Below, one piece after another: positions 37,501-49,198 of a stretch of DNA of 64,000 nt. Position 1 is the first letter of the stretch. Each line of letters begins with the position of its first letter. The stretch lies in assembly GCA_900088475.1 (NCBI GenBank), contig FLMG01000807.1, forward strand, positions 46,605 to 110,604, in the 5' to 3' direction. The translations under genes were made by a program, and so were the position numbers. The notes below the pieces were generated by a model, which saw only the letters and a list, made by a program, of their open reading frames with translations, was not told where the DNA came from and searched no databases. The DNA is from Hyphochytrium catenoides. Taxonomy: Eukaryota > Protista > Hyphochytriomycota.

Positions 37501-40500
37501 ATGGTTGCATTACGCTCCAACGCCCTTATCAGCTCGTCGACTGCGGAGAGAAGTGTCCCCTTGGAGCCGCATATGGAGGACCTAGCGATGGAGAATGATG
37601 GGTAGTACAATCGCAGCCTTAGCCCTCGCGGTGCAGATGCAGATAAAGCTTAGATGAATAAAAAGAGAATCTTCTAAATCAAAAGCGAGAGCAACAGAGA
37701 ATGATTGAACACCAAGGACTTACCCCGAGAGATCTAGGACTGTCAAAGCGCCATCAAAGGCGATTGCCTTAGCTAGAAAGGTTAAATCTTGAGGACCGAG
37801 CTGGACATTTCTGAAGGCGATCCGCTCACGCACCCTGTGGCGATCAGTTGACGGCAACAAGGAGTGTTAGAACATGGAGTGCCCGACTGTGCGTCTCGAC
37901 TCCTAGGTGAAGCAATGCCGCACTGGGGTCTAAAGCAAGCTATGAGCTCATAGCGACGTGGACGAGAGAGGTGTCACGACGCCACGCAGAGACAGTTCTT
38001 ACCAAGTGTCCATAGCACGCAAGTCGGCTAATATCCTTCTCTCTCGTCCGCAGCGCTTTAGCCAGTGGGCAGCTTCCTCAAAACCGCACAGCCTTTCCGC
38101 AGGGGAAAGTGACGGTCTTGAAGCAACGATATGCATCTGCGTTAACGAGATGGGTTAGCTTGGCGATAATTGGCTTCATTCTTTGACCACATGCGCTTCG
38201 CTCTGTCTCCTCCAGCCTCCAAGGGCCGAATGCTTCTCTCGCTTCATCTACTCGCAGCATATTTTTCTGCTATCCATGTCCAGAATAACCAACGCAGCCC
38301 ACTGTCAAGCACTCCTTTACCTTGTTCCTGGCGGCCTTGTAAGACGCATCCTTCGACCTGGGAAGGGCCATCAAAGCGCGTTCGAACTTCCCCTCTGAAA
38401 GTGCCATGAGTCTATCCACCTCTAAACTGTCCTTGGTCTTCTCCTGTCCACCCAGTGAGCACTTCTCTCTGGCCCTAAGGCGATCTAGCTCTCTGTACAG
38501 GAGCTCCCCCTCTAAATAGTGCAGAATAGCCAGGTTCCGTATAACAGGAACTATCATCTCGATATCCACAGAATAGAAATAAATCTTGCGATTGGAGCTG
38601 GACAGACAGTAGAAAGAGGACGAAAAGGGGTTAAAATTCAAGACAACCAGCTAACCCGATCTTTCTAACCCTCCTAAAAAGAGCTATATGACGAGAAGTC
38701 CAAGGCAAGGGAATAGAGCAAGAAAGCTGGTGCACGCAATGGGCAGGAATGGAACTTACGCGAGAGCTTCAGATGCTGAGGCCGAGAGCTTGATGTTCAT
38801 CAGACTCAAAAGACGTCTTACTACTTTGACGGTGATACCCTCAGCCAGACGCCGAACACGGGATGATTCTACAGCGAAGGCACCATATCGGTTCTGGTGC
38901 AGCCCAACGTAAGTGTTATGAGCCAAACGGCCTCGGGAGAGCCCCAGGCTCTCTTCCTTTTCATCTTACGTATTCCGACCATCAATCTACAATCTATCTA
39001 ATTTTCCCTCCCTGGGGCTTAAGCAACGAACGTCGCTTTCATCTAGTCTCACCAGAGCTTTCTCGAGCGGGTTTCGCTCTATTCACTGACCTGCATCTCG
39101 TCTACCAAGTCGATGTCCCATAAGGAAGCGAGGTCCTCCTCAGTAGGGTGCATGACGGAGTTAAGGAATTTCGTTGTCTCTTCACGCAAGAGGCTGTCCC
39201 AGAGGAAAGGTCCAGATGCGCCTTCTTCAGAGTCTTCGCCGGCTGGCCCTACTCCTGACGTGCCATTGGCTTTGGTCCTCACCTCCATCCTAGTGGTCGA
39301 AAGTGGCTCTGAGGAGGTTTCTGCTGGAGGAGAAACCTTCCTTCTACTCAGGCCCCGACCTCTCTTCTTGGCCAAGATGCGGAACTTTCGCCGAAGCAAG
39401 CGCTTCAACGTACGGCTGAGCATCTCTGAGAAAAGTAGCTGGGAGACTATCGGAGAATGCCCACAAAGCAAACTGTGACAAGACTAATCAGTAAAAGGGC
39501 AAGCCAAGCACGACGAGGATGTACATGAGCGGCTTTGCAGTATAGAATAACGGTATTGATCAGTTTGCCCTGAATAAGAGCGAGCTACTGACCGAATGTA
39601 ACCCAAGTGTCTGAGACTCACTCCGAACTGATGGAATTCAAAAGTCAGATCCCGCTCGGTAAGGTTAACGTCCAGGCTTAGTAGATGCTCCACAAATTTG
39701 GGCATAACACTATCCGTTAAATAGCGGGTTGCCTCGGAAGGACTGATGCGCAAAGCTGTAAAGCCGTCGCTCCTTCATTGAATAAAGTATTGAGCGTGAA
39801 GGGTTAGAGACCAAGGAATTCAGGAAAAGGTCACAACTCCTAAGACCAATCTCTTCTCCTAACAACTAACCCAACAACTAACCCAATCTATTGTCCTCAA
39901 TGGCCTTTCAGCCCTACTATCTGGGTTTACTACTCCTGATTGCTGTCAACGTGACCATCGTCCTAAAAGAGACATTATTACCTTAGCCCGAAGTCGGCCG
40001 CCTGTTTAAACTCTAGGAAGCGGATGACCATCTCTGGGCGCAGCCTTCTTTTCGCTCTGCGCGCTATTTCCAGGAACCCTTCCTTCGCCTCATGCGCGGA
40101 CCTTTCTCCGCCTCGTGGTTGCGCTGAGCTCTTGCCTGGTGGCAGGTAGACATTCTTCCATCGATCACCCCGATTTTCCTCGGTCGGCAAGCATGCCAGC
40201 AACTGAGTTGGAGTTAGATAGCCCTCGGGATCCTCTAGTCTGCACTGCTCACTGCTGCTGCTCTCGCTTATCGCCAAGTTAAGGTACGACAGTACAAATG
40301 GCTCTATCAGAGATACCGGCAAGAGTGAGAAGAGAGTGGCAGAGATCCCTGTTGTGGGAGAGGAGAGAAGAACCACGACGTAAAAAGAGTCATCACTATC
40401 GACAGGAGAGAGTCATGCAGCCGGCACCGACGATGTTGATAATGCCTCGGAGAACCCTTCCCCATCGACCAGGGGAAAAAATTACGGCCTGATTGCGAGG

Positions 40501-42387
40501 CAACGGATAATGATCAGAGGAAGGACATTGAGAGGCCATGTCCGTACCCAAAGCACCAGTTGTCAGTTCCCATCTGGTCTCTGCCACAGCGAAAACTCTT
40601 TGCCCTCTGTAGTCCAAAAGCAGCTGTAAAGGAATGCGGAGCTTCGACGATAATTGCATCAGGTAGGAAGCAGTCTGCCGGTGTGCACAGATGAAGGACA
40701 CAAAAGAGAGGAGGAGTTAGCCTGCACTGGCGCCTATTATAGGAATACCAGAGAACCCAATAAGTCAATAGCGGAGAGAGAGAGAGAAGAGAGAAAGAAA
40801 GAAAGGGAAGGGAAGTACAGAAGAGAATGAAGGAGGAGGAGAGTCGAGCTCTACCGTGAAGACTCGAGAGCTGAGACTGAGGACGTCACCGATGGTCAGT
40901 TTGCTGTCTGCAGGAGAGGGCGGGACGAACTCATCCTTGTTGAGAATCAGCGTGAAGACAATGCCATGAATTAGGAACGATAGCAAGGCACCGCCTGAGA
41001 CGAGACGCACGCGCTGCGGCTTGAACCGTCCTCCCAGCGTTTCGGGGCTAACGGCAGAACCTACCAGCACGACTAGCGCGTCAGATTGTGATGACAACGG
41101 ATATGGGGGTTTGAGAGAGAGCTGAAAGACAGAGGCGGAGATGGGATCCTGGTTTAGTTTCAATGAAAGTAGTAGCAACCACTGCGTGGCCTTTGCGCGA
41201 CAAGTACGAGACAGCAGAAGCAGCTGAAAGAGAAAACAAGGGACAGAAGAGGTGTGTATGCTGCGGACAGAAGACAGACACAAAGAAATGAGAGAGAGAC
41301 GGAGGAAGAGAGAGCGAGAATGTAAAGAGAGAGCGAGACAAAATAGAAGAGAAGAGAGAGAGAAAAAGACGAAAGATAGAGAAAGAGAAAGAAAGAGGGA
41401 AAGAAAGAAAGAAAGAGACGGGGGTGACAAAGGTAAAAAAGAAAAGGTAGGCCAAAGTGAGAGAAGAAAAACGAACGATGACACGGAGACCGGTTAACGC
41501 AGCTATGAAGGGTAGAGAATGGGAGGGAGAGGATAAAGTGAAAGACGGAGGACGGTGAGAGAGAGACCCAAAACCACCAGGGGCAATAGGACAAAGAAAC
41601 TGAGACAGGGGTGACATGGGACCCAAGCTAGACAGGCAGCTTTTAGGTGACAAAGGCAGAGGATGTTGGAAGCATTAATTGCAGCCCTCTAACCACCTAC
41701 CTGCCTCCTCAACGAGCAGCTTTCCATAGTACGTGGCAGTGTCCTGGAACTTAAGAAGGACTTCTTTGATGCTCTGCAGATCCGTCTTTCCTTGTGAAGC
41801 CTCTTTCAGCTGGTAGAACTTCTCATTCCACGCCCAAGGATTGAGTTTCCTGTCTTCTAACAGAGAGTGCGCAAAGAGCTCTATGCCACTGCTTCCCTAG
41901 GGAGCGCAGGTAGCTGAGCTGGCGAGTCATAATAAGCCGACGGTAGGGGAGAGGGCTGATACCTTGGCTCCAGGGGACGGAACCCGAGGCGAAGATAAAG
42001 ACTGGGGGCGGGGAGACGTGGTTCGCTCTGCCTTCTCTTGGCCCCGGACGCCACGGATACCTGCGCCACTGTCATCCGTCCTCTCTGTTTTGTCTTCTGG
42101 CTGTTCCTCGGTGTCAGCCTGCATTTCTCCGCCCTGTAGACCTTAACGGTCAATGTGGGATACTAGCTCCTGAGCTCGTCTACCATCACGTTCCATCCCA
42201 TCGATGTCCTCAATCTTCTCCCTTCCACGCCGCTTCCATAGGAAGGTTGTTCGCTACTCGCAATAGCTCATACTGAGCACTGTCCCGCCCATGGGCTCCT
42301 GCTAATGGAAAGAGACTACGGCAGAGCGAGGGAAGACCGAGAGAGTCAAAGAGAGAAAATGATAGCACCACCAAGCCTGCCTGCACC

Positions 42388-42420
<33 letters not shown>

Positions 42421-42744
42421 AGAATGAAGACGCGAGAAGAGGCAGAGACGGAGACTCCGATGAGCCAGCGAGGGCGGTCTGGGAGGCAAGCAAACAAATG
42501 AGAATCAGCAACAAAAAGACCCAGTTTCCGGAACATTCAAGATTTCCAGCTGCATTATTGAGGCATATCAATAGTGTTTTTTGTGCAATGAAACTAAGGA
42601 TACTTTCATGGAAACCTTGCACGCGAAAGCTGATGGGTTTGAGGTGATGATGGTTCGCTTCTGCTCTTCCGCTCCAGGCTCTGTCTCTTCCTTTCTTCTG
42701 TCATCTTTCCTCTCCCTCGACATGACGACCTCAGGGAAGTGCAT
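34533..42744 (-). CDS. CLU-domain protein with C-terminal RI/NLRC3-type leucine-rich repeats
   Basis: CLU-like motifs: WNEKFYQL..FQDTATYYGKLLVEE, FLIHGIVFTL, LRIPLQLLLDYRGQRVFAV, RLRPEMV, LTFEFHQFGVSLRHLGYIRS. Many LRR exons in 37800-34533 (LESLDLRDN, ALDLSRNDL, LKILDISRNSLGVDGAKVLA, LNISRNILCGVDERGSGRYDPSG). Last exon ends IKFEF* at 34533. Start at 42744 or 42723. Confidence 0.8.
41270..41480. repeat. Purine-rich (GA/GAAA) low-complexity tract inside a CLU-LRR intron
   Basis: Directly visible; it produces the spurious Ser/Leu- and Arg/Glu-rich ORFs. Confidence 0.8.
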
Positions 42745-42933
42745 CTCGTCATCAGCCTTCTTTCGGAAGACAAGAAGAGGTCCGTCCTCCTGCCCAGCGA
42801 AGGACGTATCAGGTCGAAAGGTAGCCAGGACGAGTGAAAAAGGAGAGGAAATAGAAGCAAAGAAGCAGAGGGCCTACTCTGCAACGGCGGCCTGCAGGAG
42901 GGAAAGAGAAGTGCGCCGAAGTAGCTGGCAAAG
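42745..42933. promoter_or_regulatory. Compact divergent promoter (about 190 bp) between the CLU-LRR and MTase-OB genes
   Basis: Inferred from predicted ATGs at 42744 (-) and 42934 (+). Confidence 0.4.
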
Positions 42934-45900
42934 ATGGCTCGGGCCAGCTCAGCTTTCAAGGTTCCCTCGGGCCCAGGGCAGGATGGGAGCGCTCCTGGAC
43001 CAGAGCTGGGCCCATCTCTGAGGTAAACGAAGAGCATCCTGGCAATGCTGACAAGCTGCCTTGCATTCTAACGCTCCTCCTATTGCTGCCTTCTGCTCCA
43101 TCAGGTACCTTGATGAGTTCGTCACAAAGCTTTCCTGCGCCCCTGACCTTCTTGAGATGAAGATATTCCCCGACTCAAAGGAGATTACTGAGGTCATCCG
43201 GGATGTTTCCTTTCCCAAGTCCAGGGTCCCTAGCACTAACCTCGCCGCTGCCCAGTTTAGAGTATGGCAGTCTACAACGCTGTCCGAAAGCTTGTACTTC
43301 GGTCTTCCACTGAGCTGCTGGAGGGTAACGCCCCGCCAGGCGCAGAGGGAAAGGAAGCCACCCCCTTCCGAAGAGACTCCATTATCTGCATAGGCGATGG
43401 CTCGACCCGTACGCCTCAATTCGTTTCTCTTGCTGGTCCACTCTCTTTGCTCAATGCACGCCTCTTGCGACCTGGGCCGTTGGCTCTCCTGAGCACTGTC
43501 CTGCCTGTCTTTGTTCCTATGTCTCTGCGTCGATGGAGGCCTTCACTATCGACTGTCTGCTAATTGCCTTTGGTGGTTCATCTCAAATTGGTGCTGCCAT
43601 GACTGCCCCTGTGAGAGCTCTGGTGCAAACCTTCTAAACCTTTTGCCGGTTGTCATCCACTAGCTCGATCTGCCGCACTCTTTGCATACCGTACCCGCGG
43701 CTGGGTATGTTACAGCATCGACCCCATGATGAAAATCTCTGAGGGTCCAACAAATGGGCAAGAAGAGTCTCAACAGGTTTGTTAAGAAGAAGGAAGGAGC
43801 TCCCTTGCTGGTTAGCAGTTTCCTATTAAAGTGTGTTGTCAGGCAGGCGGAGGTCCAACAACTGACAAGAGAAAAGGGATGCCCTGGGACAGAATCAGAA
43901 ACTTGAGGACAATCCGAGACAAGATTGAGAATGTAAGAGAGAGACACTCCTTTGCCACTTGGACGAGAGGTGTTCTCCCTTGTGACCGCTATATCTCCCA
44001 TCTCTCTCTCATTTTGGAGACTTTCACACCTCCCGGGGCCTAAGCCATGGACCTTCTCTCGTTCTGACCAGCTCTATATTGACTATCTATGTGGACAGGT
44101 GTCTTTGAAAGTGAACCGTGCAATCGTCGTCCTCGTGCACGCCCATGTCACGTTAGAGCAGGCTATGCAAGCTGTGGATGCTGTCGAAGTCTTGGGTGTG
44201 GTTACCTCTCCATGGTACAGTCATCTAAAATGTTCTCTTGTTCTTCCTCTATCTCTGTTCTCACTTCAACCTCTCAATGCCTCCGATTGACAAACTTGCA
44301 GCTGCAATTGGTACTCAAGACAGATGGAATGGCAGGGCCGGCCACCTGATATAGTGTATGAGGATTGCGGGATGCTTACAGAGCACAGAGAAGTAAGGTG
44401 GTGCTTCCTTTCAATAAGTGATAGATAGGTATGAGAGAGGGATGGGAGGTAAACGTCGAGAGAGAAGCAAGAGCGAAAGCCCTACACCAGCAATATCAGC
44501 TAAAAGCGATTCCTTTTCTTGCATCGTAGCTCCGCGTGTGGTCGAGCCGTCCAGTAACGCGGAGACCCGAAGAGCTGCGAGGCTGTATGGTCAAAGAGCT
44601 CCCTCCCTCGCTCCCAGGAGAGACGGGGAGTGAAGATGATGAACATCTAGGAATAGCAGACGGTGAAGCTCTTCTATCTATGGCTCTCCGGACCCAACCA
44701 CTGCAACGATCCTTGCCTCCCTCAGCTATGGAAAGCCTAATGGGGTGAGCAGAAGTTCTGTGCTTGCCTTCTCCCTCTTTTTCTCAGAATCTGCTTGAAG
44801 GCATTTCGAGAGAAGGACCTCTGCTTCAGTCCTTTTGCTAGGAGCAAATACTTCTTGCCTAGATGCAATGAAGGGGCTAGGACTACGACGAGCCTGGATC
44901 CCAAGGGTAATGGATGATGGAGACATCCAGTTTACCCCGTTAGGAGCCGCAGATGCCCTTGCTAGGCGAGAAGGGGTGTTGCCTGTGGATTATATCATAG
45001 ATTTTGCCGTGCTCGATACTCTGCTTGCCACAGCCGGAGCAAACCGACGTCCGGCCCTAGCAGTAAATTTTATGGCCGCGCTGCAAGACTGGATGACGCG
45101 AAGAGAAAGCGAGAAAGGTAGCTACATATGCCTTTAAGTAGCATATATCTCATGCCTGCTTACAGCAATGCTGCAGGTGGCGGCATCTCAGGTGCCGTGT
45201 ATTGCTTCAGCACCAAGAAGTTCCTAAGGAAACAGGCAGCGCTAGCCAAGTGAGTGAACCCACAGGAAGGATTGTGAGGCTTCAATGAGGAAGGAGAGGG
45301 AAGGGAGGTTTATTAGGAGGGGGAGTGCTGTGACCAATGAGGAAACATATAAGACATCCAAATGGAGGGCGAACGGAAACTGTGAGTCTCTTGCCGCCGG
45401 CCGGCTAGAACGAAGCTCATACGATGTGTGTTTAGTCCCGCCCTCTCTTGGCACGTCCAGACCAAGACATTCACTACTGAGACCCCGACTATCTGGCGCC
45501 TGTACTGCTGCAGGTATAACAGAGAGCTTTTTTCTTTTTTTCAAAAGGCTATAGATTGCTAGTCACTGCTCTGCAGGACAGGGTGGCGGCAGCCAGTTCT
45601 AGTACTCTGACAATCTAACTCTGTGATTCTTTCTTTCATTCACTTCAGCTCCTCATCTGGTGACGATAACAGAGAGGAGACGGACTTAACACAGATCGGT
45701 GGCAGCGGAGACTCTACCCCGGCCGTCTTGACCGAGTTGTGCCGCCAACGGGTACCACTCGGAGGCTGTGAAGAGCTGATGAGCACCCCACGGACTATCT
45801 CAAGCTTCAATGCTCTGTACTCTCAAGCAGTGAAGGACAGCGAGGACAGGACCGGATCAGCTTTGTCCACTGTCACAGGCACGATAGCAGTGAAGCGCTT

Positions 45901-46372
45901 GGCAGGTAAACATCTCCTGTTCCTGGATATGCAAGACCCAGCGGACGGGAGTCAGCTGCAGGTACTAGCTAGAAGAGAAGGGGGCCCTGGAAAAAAATAT
46001 AATTGTCGTTGCCACCTTTCCCTCTCTGCGCTGGCGATGTGACAGATAATAGCCAACAGCAGCCGCTTTTCCTCCGAAATCCTTAGAGAGAACTTTCACT
46101 TAGTGGGTAGCATCCTCCGCAAAGGTAAGAATGATGTTGCTCTATGCGGGTCCTGTACTGGGAGGCAAGAATAGACGCCTTTCCTCCTCTTTTCACTATA
46201 CAAGCATCGCTGATGGACTGATGGAGCATACGGCTTCTGCGACCCGACAGGCGATACAGTGCGGGCCACAGGCCTTCCGGATGTCTCAAAGAGAGGAAAA
46301 TTTTCGCTCAATGCCTCGGACCTTCAACTGCTTGAAAAGGCACCAACCATGTCCAGGACCGTATTTCAGTGA
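42934..46372 (+). CDS. Multidomain protein: uncharacterised SAM-methyltransferase-like domain + second (degenerate) MTase-like domain + LysRS-type anticodon-binding OB-fold
   Basis: Spliced N-part RYLDEFVTKLSCAPDLLEMKIFPDSKEITESMAVYNAVR..IICIGDGSTPRSAALFAYRTRGWVCYSIDPM..VVLVHAHV..VVTSPCCNWY..PPDIVYEDCGMLTEHRELRVW. Middle SVLLLGANTSCL..VDYIIDFAVLDTLL. C-terminal TVTGTIAVKRLAGKHLLFLDMQ..QLQVL..ILRKGDTVRATGLPDVSKRGKFSLNASDLQLL, stop 46370-46372. Some middle junctions are uncertain. Confidence 0.75.
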
Positions 46373-46446
46373 ATCAGCTGGCGATTGCAGTCTTCGTGGT
46401 AATCAGAACGTACTCCGCCTCTCGCTAGCTAGACAACGGACCTGAT

Positions 46447-48288
46447 TCAAGGAGGTAACACGAGAGGGGTACCCATAGACTTTCGGACTTCATAAGGAGG
46501 AAGCCAATGGGTTAGGAGATTTTCGAACAGAGCCCGTACAAGGGATGGAGAGGGTCCTGTCTTCCTCTGAAGATAGCGGCATATCTCCATTGTGGGCTTC
46601 ACGCCTGTCTCATCGAAGATTTGGATTGTCCGAACAAGCCGTTCAGGGTATCGATCGGCCTTTTCCAGCCGACGAATAAATCGAAACACAAGTGAGGCAT
46701 CAGGTTGCCAGGTCACGCGAAGAGGGAGTGGACGCTTGCCTCTCCCCTTATTGTTAACCGCTATCTGTCCCTTTGTAGAGGAGAAAAGTGCCGACAACAC
46801 CTCCTCGGTTTCGTCCCATTGACCCTCACTAGTCAGGAATTCCAGCACTTCCTGCACCTGCAGGGCTGTTAGCTGCAGCTGTCTCTTCTTCATAGCAGAT
46901 ATACACTGCCAAAGCAGGCTAAGATCTTGGTTTCGTTTGGCATCTCTAAGAAGAGGGTAGAACTCCCTCGTGTCGCCTAAAGTCAACACCTTCTGGCGTT
47001 CCCACCATTCCGCGTAGTGGTTCAGCCTTCGCCGTCTATAGAACCCAATAAGATGACAGAAAGATGCGCGGTCGGGCATGAGACCCCATTGGGGTAGCTT
47101 TTGTTGAAACAGTCTCAGTGCTTTCTGCTCTGCTTGGTCGGCCAATTGTTCATTATCGTGCTCCTGGCAATAGGCCGCTAGTAGAAGGTTGAAGAGCTCA
47201 ATGTGGGGAGTTAGCGCTAGATCTCGGTACGCTGTCTCAACCAGGTGCTCTACTTTGTCTGTCCTTCCCCTCTGCAAGTAGAAGAGGCCCAAGGCCTGAA
47301 GAGTTCGTAACGTTGGCTTGAGCCCATACTTGTTTGACATTAGCTGCAAGATACTTTCTGCTCTTTCTGCTTGTCCTCTGGACAGTAGAACGCTGATCAA
47401 GGCTTCAAACACCTCAGCGTTAGGTTCGACCCCAAGCAGCGCAATGGCATCTTGCAGAGCTTTGTCTAGTTTATAGGCATTGGTCACTGAGGGCAAGGCG
47501 ATGAAGGCATTGAGCGTCTCCACATTTCTCTCAGTGTCATACTCTAAGCTAGCCTTCACCAGGTCTAGGCCTAGACTAGATCGGTTGAAAGCGCCACAAG
47601 TACGAAGAATACGATTGAGCGCTGTCGCTGATTGTAGCATCAACCCTTTCCCCACCAGCTCCGTCAGCGCCTGTGATGCCTCTTTCACTTTGGCCTTTTC
47701 TACCAGCGTCATTGCTATCTTGATGCCGATGGGCTCTGTATCCAGCCCGAAATGCTCTGACAACGAGGCGNNNNNNNNNNNNNNNNNNNNNNNNNNNNNN
47801 NNNNNNNNNNNNNNNNNNNNGTTGATGAGGAGCTCTATCACGGAGGCAAACGTTTCGGCGGACGGGCTGGTGTCACTAACCCCGCGCTCAGAAAGCAGCT
47901 TCGACAAGGACGCCCATTCAGTTAGCTGAAAAGGCCCTGGCGGGACTTGATGGCGACTTGACGCAGCTCCATCTTCTTGCTGGCTAATGGCTTGGGGAGA
48001 ACTCTTAGACGGTGCCAACGGACGGCCTTCTGCGTCTGGGCTTCCTACTTCACTATATGCTAACGGAGCTGCATCCGCGGTAGAGGAGGACGATCTGGAA
48101 AGGCAAGCGTTTGTTCCATGCCGCCTTTGCCACCGGCCTGGCGGCAGCAGTGCCAAAACCGCGCTTGCATCGGAAGGTTGTATTCTTGCTCTGCCAAGTC
48201 CTCTCCACGCTAGATGAGGATTAACTGAGGGCGACGCTCCAGGACCTAATGTATAATAAGCGAGGACTAGGCGTCTCGTGCCCTTCAT
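46447..48288 (-). CDS. Pentatricopeptide repeat (PPR) protein, probably mitochondrial; apparently intronless, spans an N-gap
   Basis: About 35-aa repeats: GVEPNAEVFEALISVLLSRGQAERAESILQLM..GLKPTLRTLQALG.., PHIELFNLLLAAYCQ, GLMPDRASFCHLIGFY, GVKPTMEI. Arg/Ser-rich N-terminus resembles a transit peptide. Confidence 0.85.
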   Translation of the reverse strand: MKGTRRLVLAYYTLGPGASPSVNPHLAWRGLGRARIQPSDASAVLALLPPGRWQRRHGTNACLSRSSSSTADAAPLAYSEVGSPDAEGRPLAPSKSSPQAISQQEDGAASSRHQVPPGPFQLTEWASLSKLLSERGVSDTSPSAETFASVIELLINXXXXXXXXXXXXXXXXXASLSEHFGLDTEPIGIKIAMTLVEKAKVKEASQALTELVGKGLMLQSATALNRILRTCGAFNRSSLGLDLVKASLEYDTERNVETLNAFIALPSVTNAYKLDKALQDAIALLGVEPNAEVFEALISVLLSRGQAERAESILQLMSNKYGLKPTLRTLQALGLFYLQRGRTDKVEHLVETAYRDLALTPHIELFNLLLAAYCQEHDNEQLADQAEQKALRLFQQKLPQWGLMPDRASFCHLIGFYRRRRLNHYAEWWERQKVLTLGDTREFYPLLRDAKRNQDLSLLWQCISAMKKRQLQLTALQVQEVLEFLTSEGQWDETEEVLSALFSSTKGQIAVNNKGRGKRPLPLRVTWQPDASLVFRFIRRLEKADRYPERLVRTIQIFDETGVKPTMEICRYLQRKTGPSPSLVRALFENLLTHWLPPYEVRKSMGTPLVLPP

Positions 48289-49198
48289 TTCCTCTTGGTG
48301 TCACAGGGTCGGTCTTCTAGGCCGATACTCGGTCATGCTCGAAGCCGCGGGAGCATGATCACGTCACCAACAATAGGAGGCTACTCAGGAGGCGTGAATA
48401 TCTGCTCAAACTGCCCTTCCCAGGTACAATAGGCGCCCAACAATATCAAGCATATGTCTGCCATCTCCTTCGTCTGGGCTGCTGCTCTTCCACTGAAAGC
48501 TTTGGAAAGCGAGCCGGCTACGAAGTCTCCTGACTTCTACTTTCCTTCCAGGTGGACTGCCTCCTCTTGCTGCTGCTCTCTTGGTCATCGCATGGAACAG
48601 TGGAAAGGGAGGAGGGCGCGGTTCCTTGTGTTTGGTAGAGTTGTGAGGAGAGCGTCTACGATGCCTGCCGTTAGCGGTCTCGTTAGTGGTCGATGATCGT
48701 TTCTTGGCGCTAAAATAATGCTAAGAGCTGCACTATAAGGTCTTTATTCTTAGGCACATCATGAAACTTATCGAGAGGCACACCGTCTTCTTGGTCTTCG
48801 CATGTTCTTTGGATTGATTGTGGAAGAGGTAAAGCAGGAGATGTCAACCACATGGCGAATAAAGATAAAGCCTAAGCGACATGGAAGAAGTAAACTCCCT
48901 GACCACCTGACCCAGAAGAGTTAGAATGGAGCGTGACACTACTCAGCTACTGAAGATTGTTCGTTGTCGCCCATCGGTCAACAGACGGACAGGATCACTA
49001 TCTCTTTATAGCTCTCCATGAAGATCATCGTCTGTGCTCTCTTATGGCAAGCAGAGAGGCTCTAGAGCGGTCAGCAGTCCGATAAATGAACGTTGTATTC
49101 TATTGCTCTCACAGCCTGGACACACCTATTTGAAGCCAAATAAGCAGGGCATCTATTGCTGTGGTTGCCCCTTCAGTGTGGCCAATGACGGATGCGAA

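Noticed and set aside
34533-38000. Canonical NLR (NACHT-LRR)
   Set aside because: No Walker A/NACHT motif found upstream of the LRRs; the N-terminal part is CLU-like.
42949-43419. 156-aa minus-strand ORF as a possible first exon of the CLU-LRR gene
   Set aside because: The plus strand here carries conserved, phase-consistent exons of the methyltransferase-like gene (RYLDEF..KEITES..GDGSTPR).
45620-46372. Lysyl-tRNA synthetase gene
   Set aside because: Only the OB-fold is present; a stop follows and there are no class II synthetase motifs before the convergent PPR gene.
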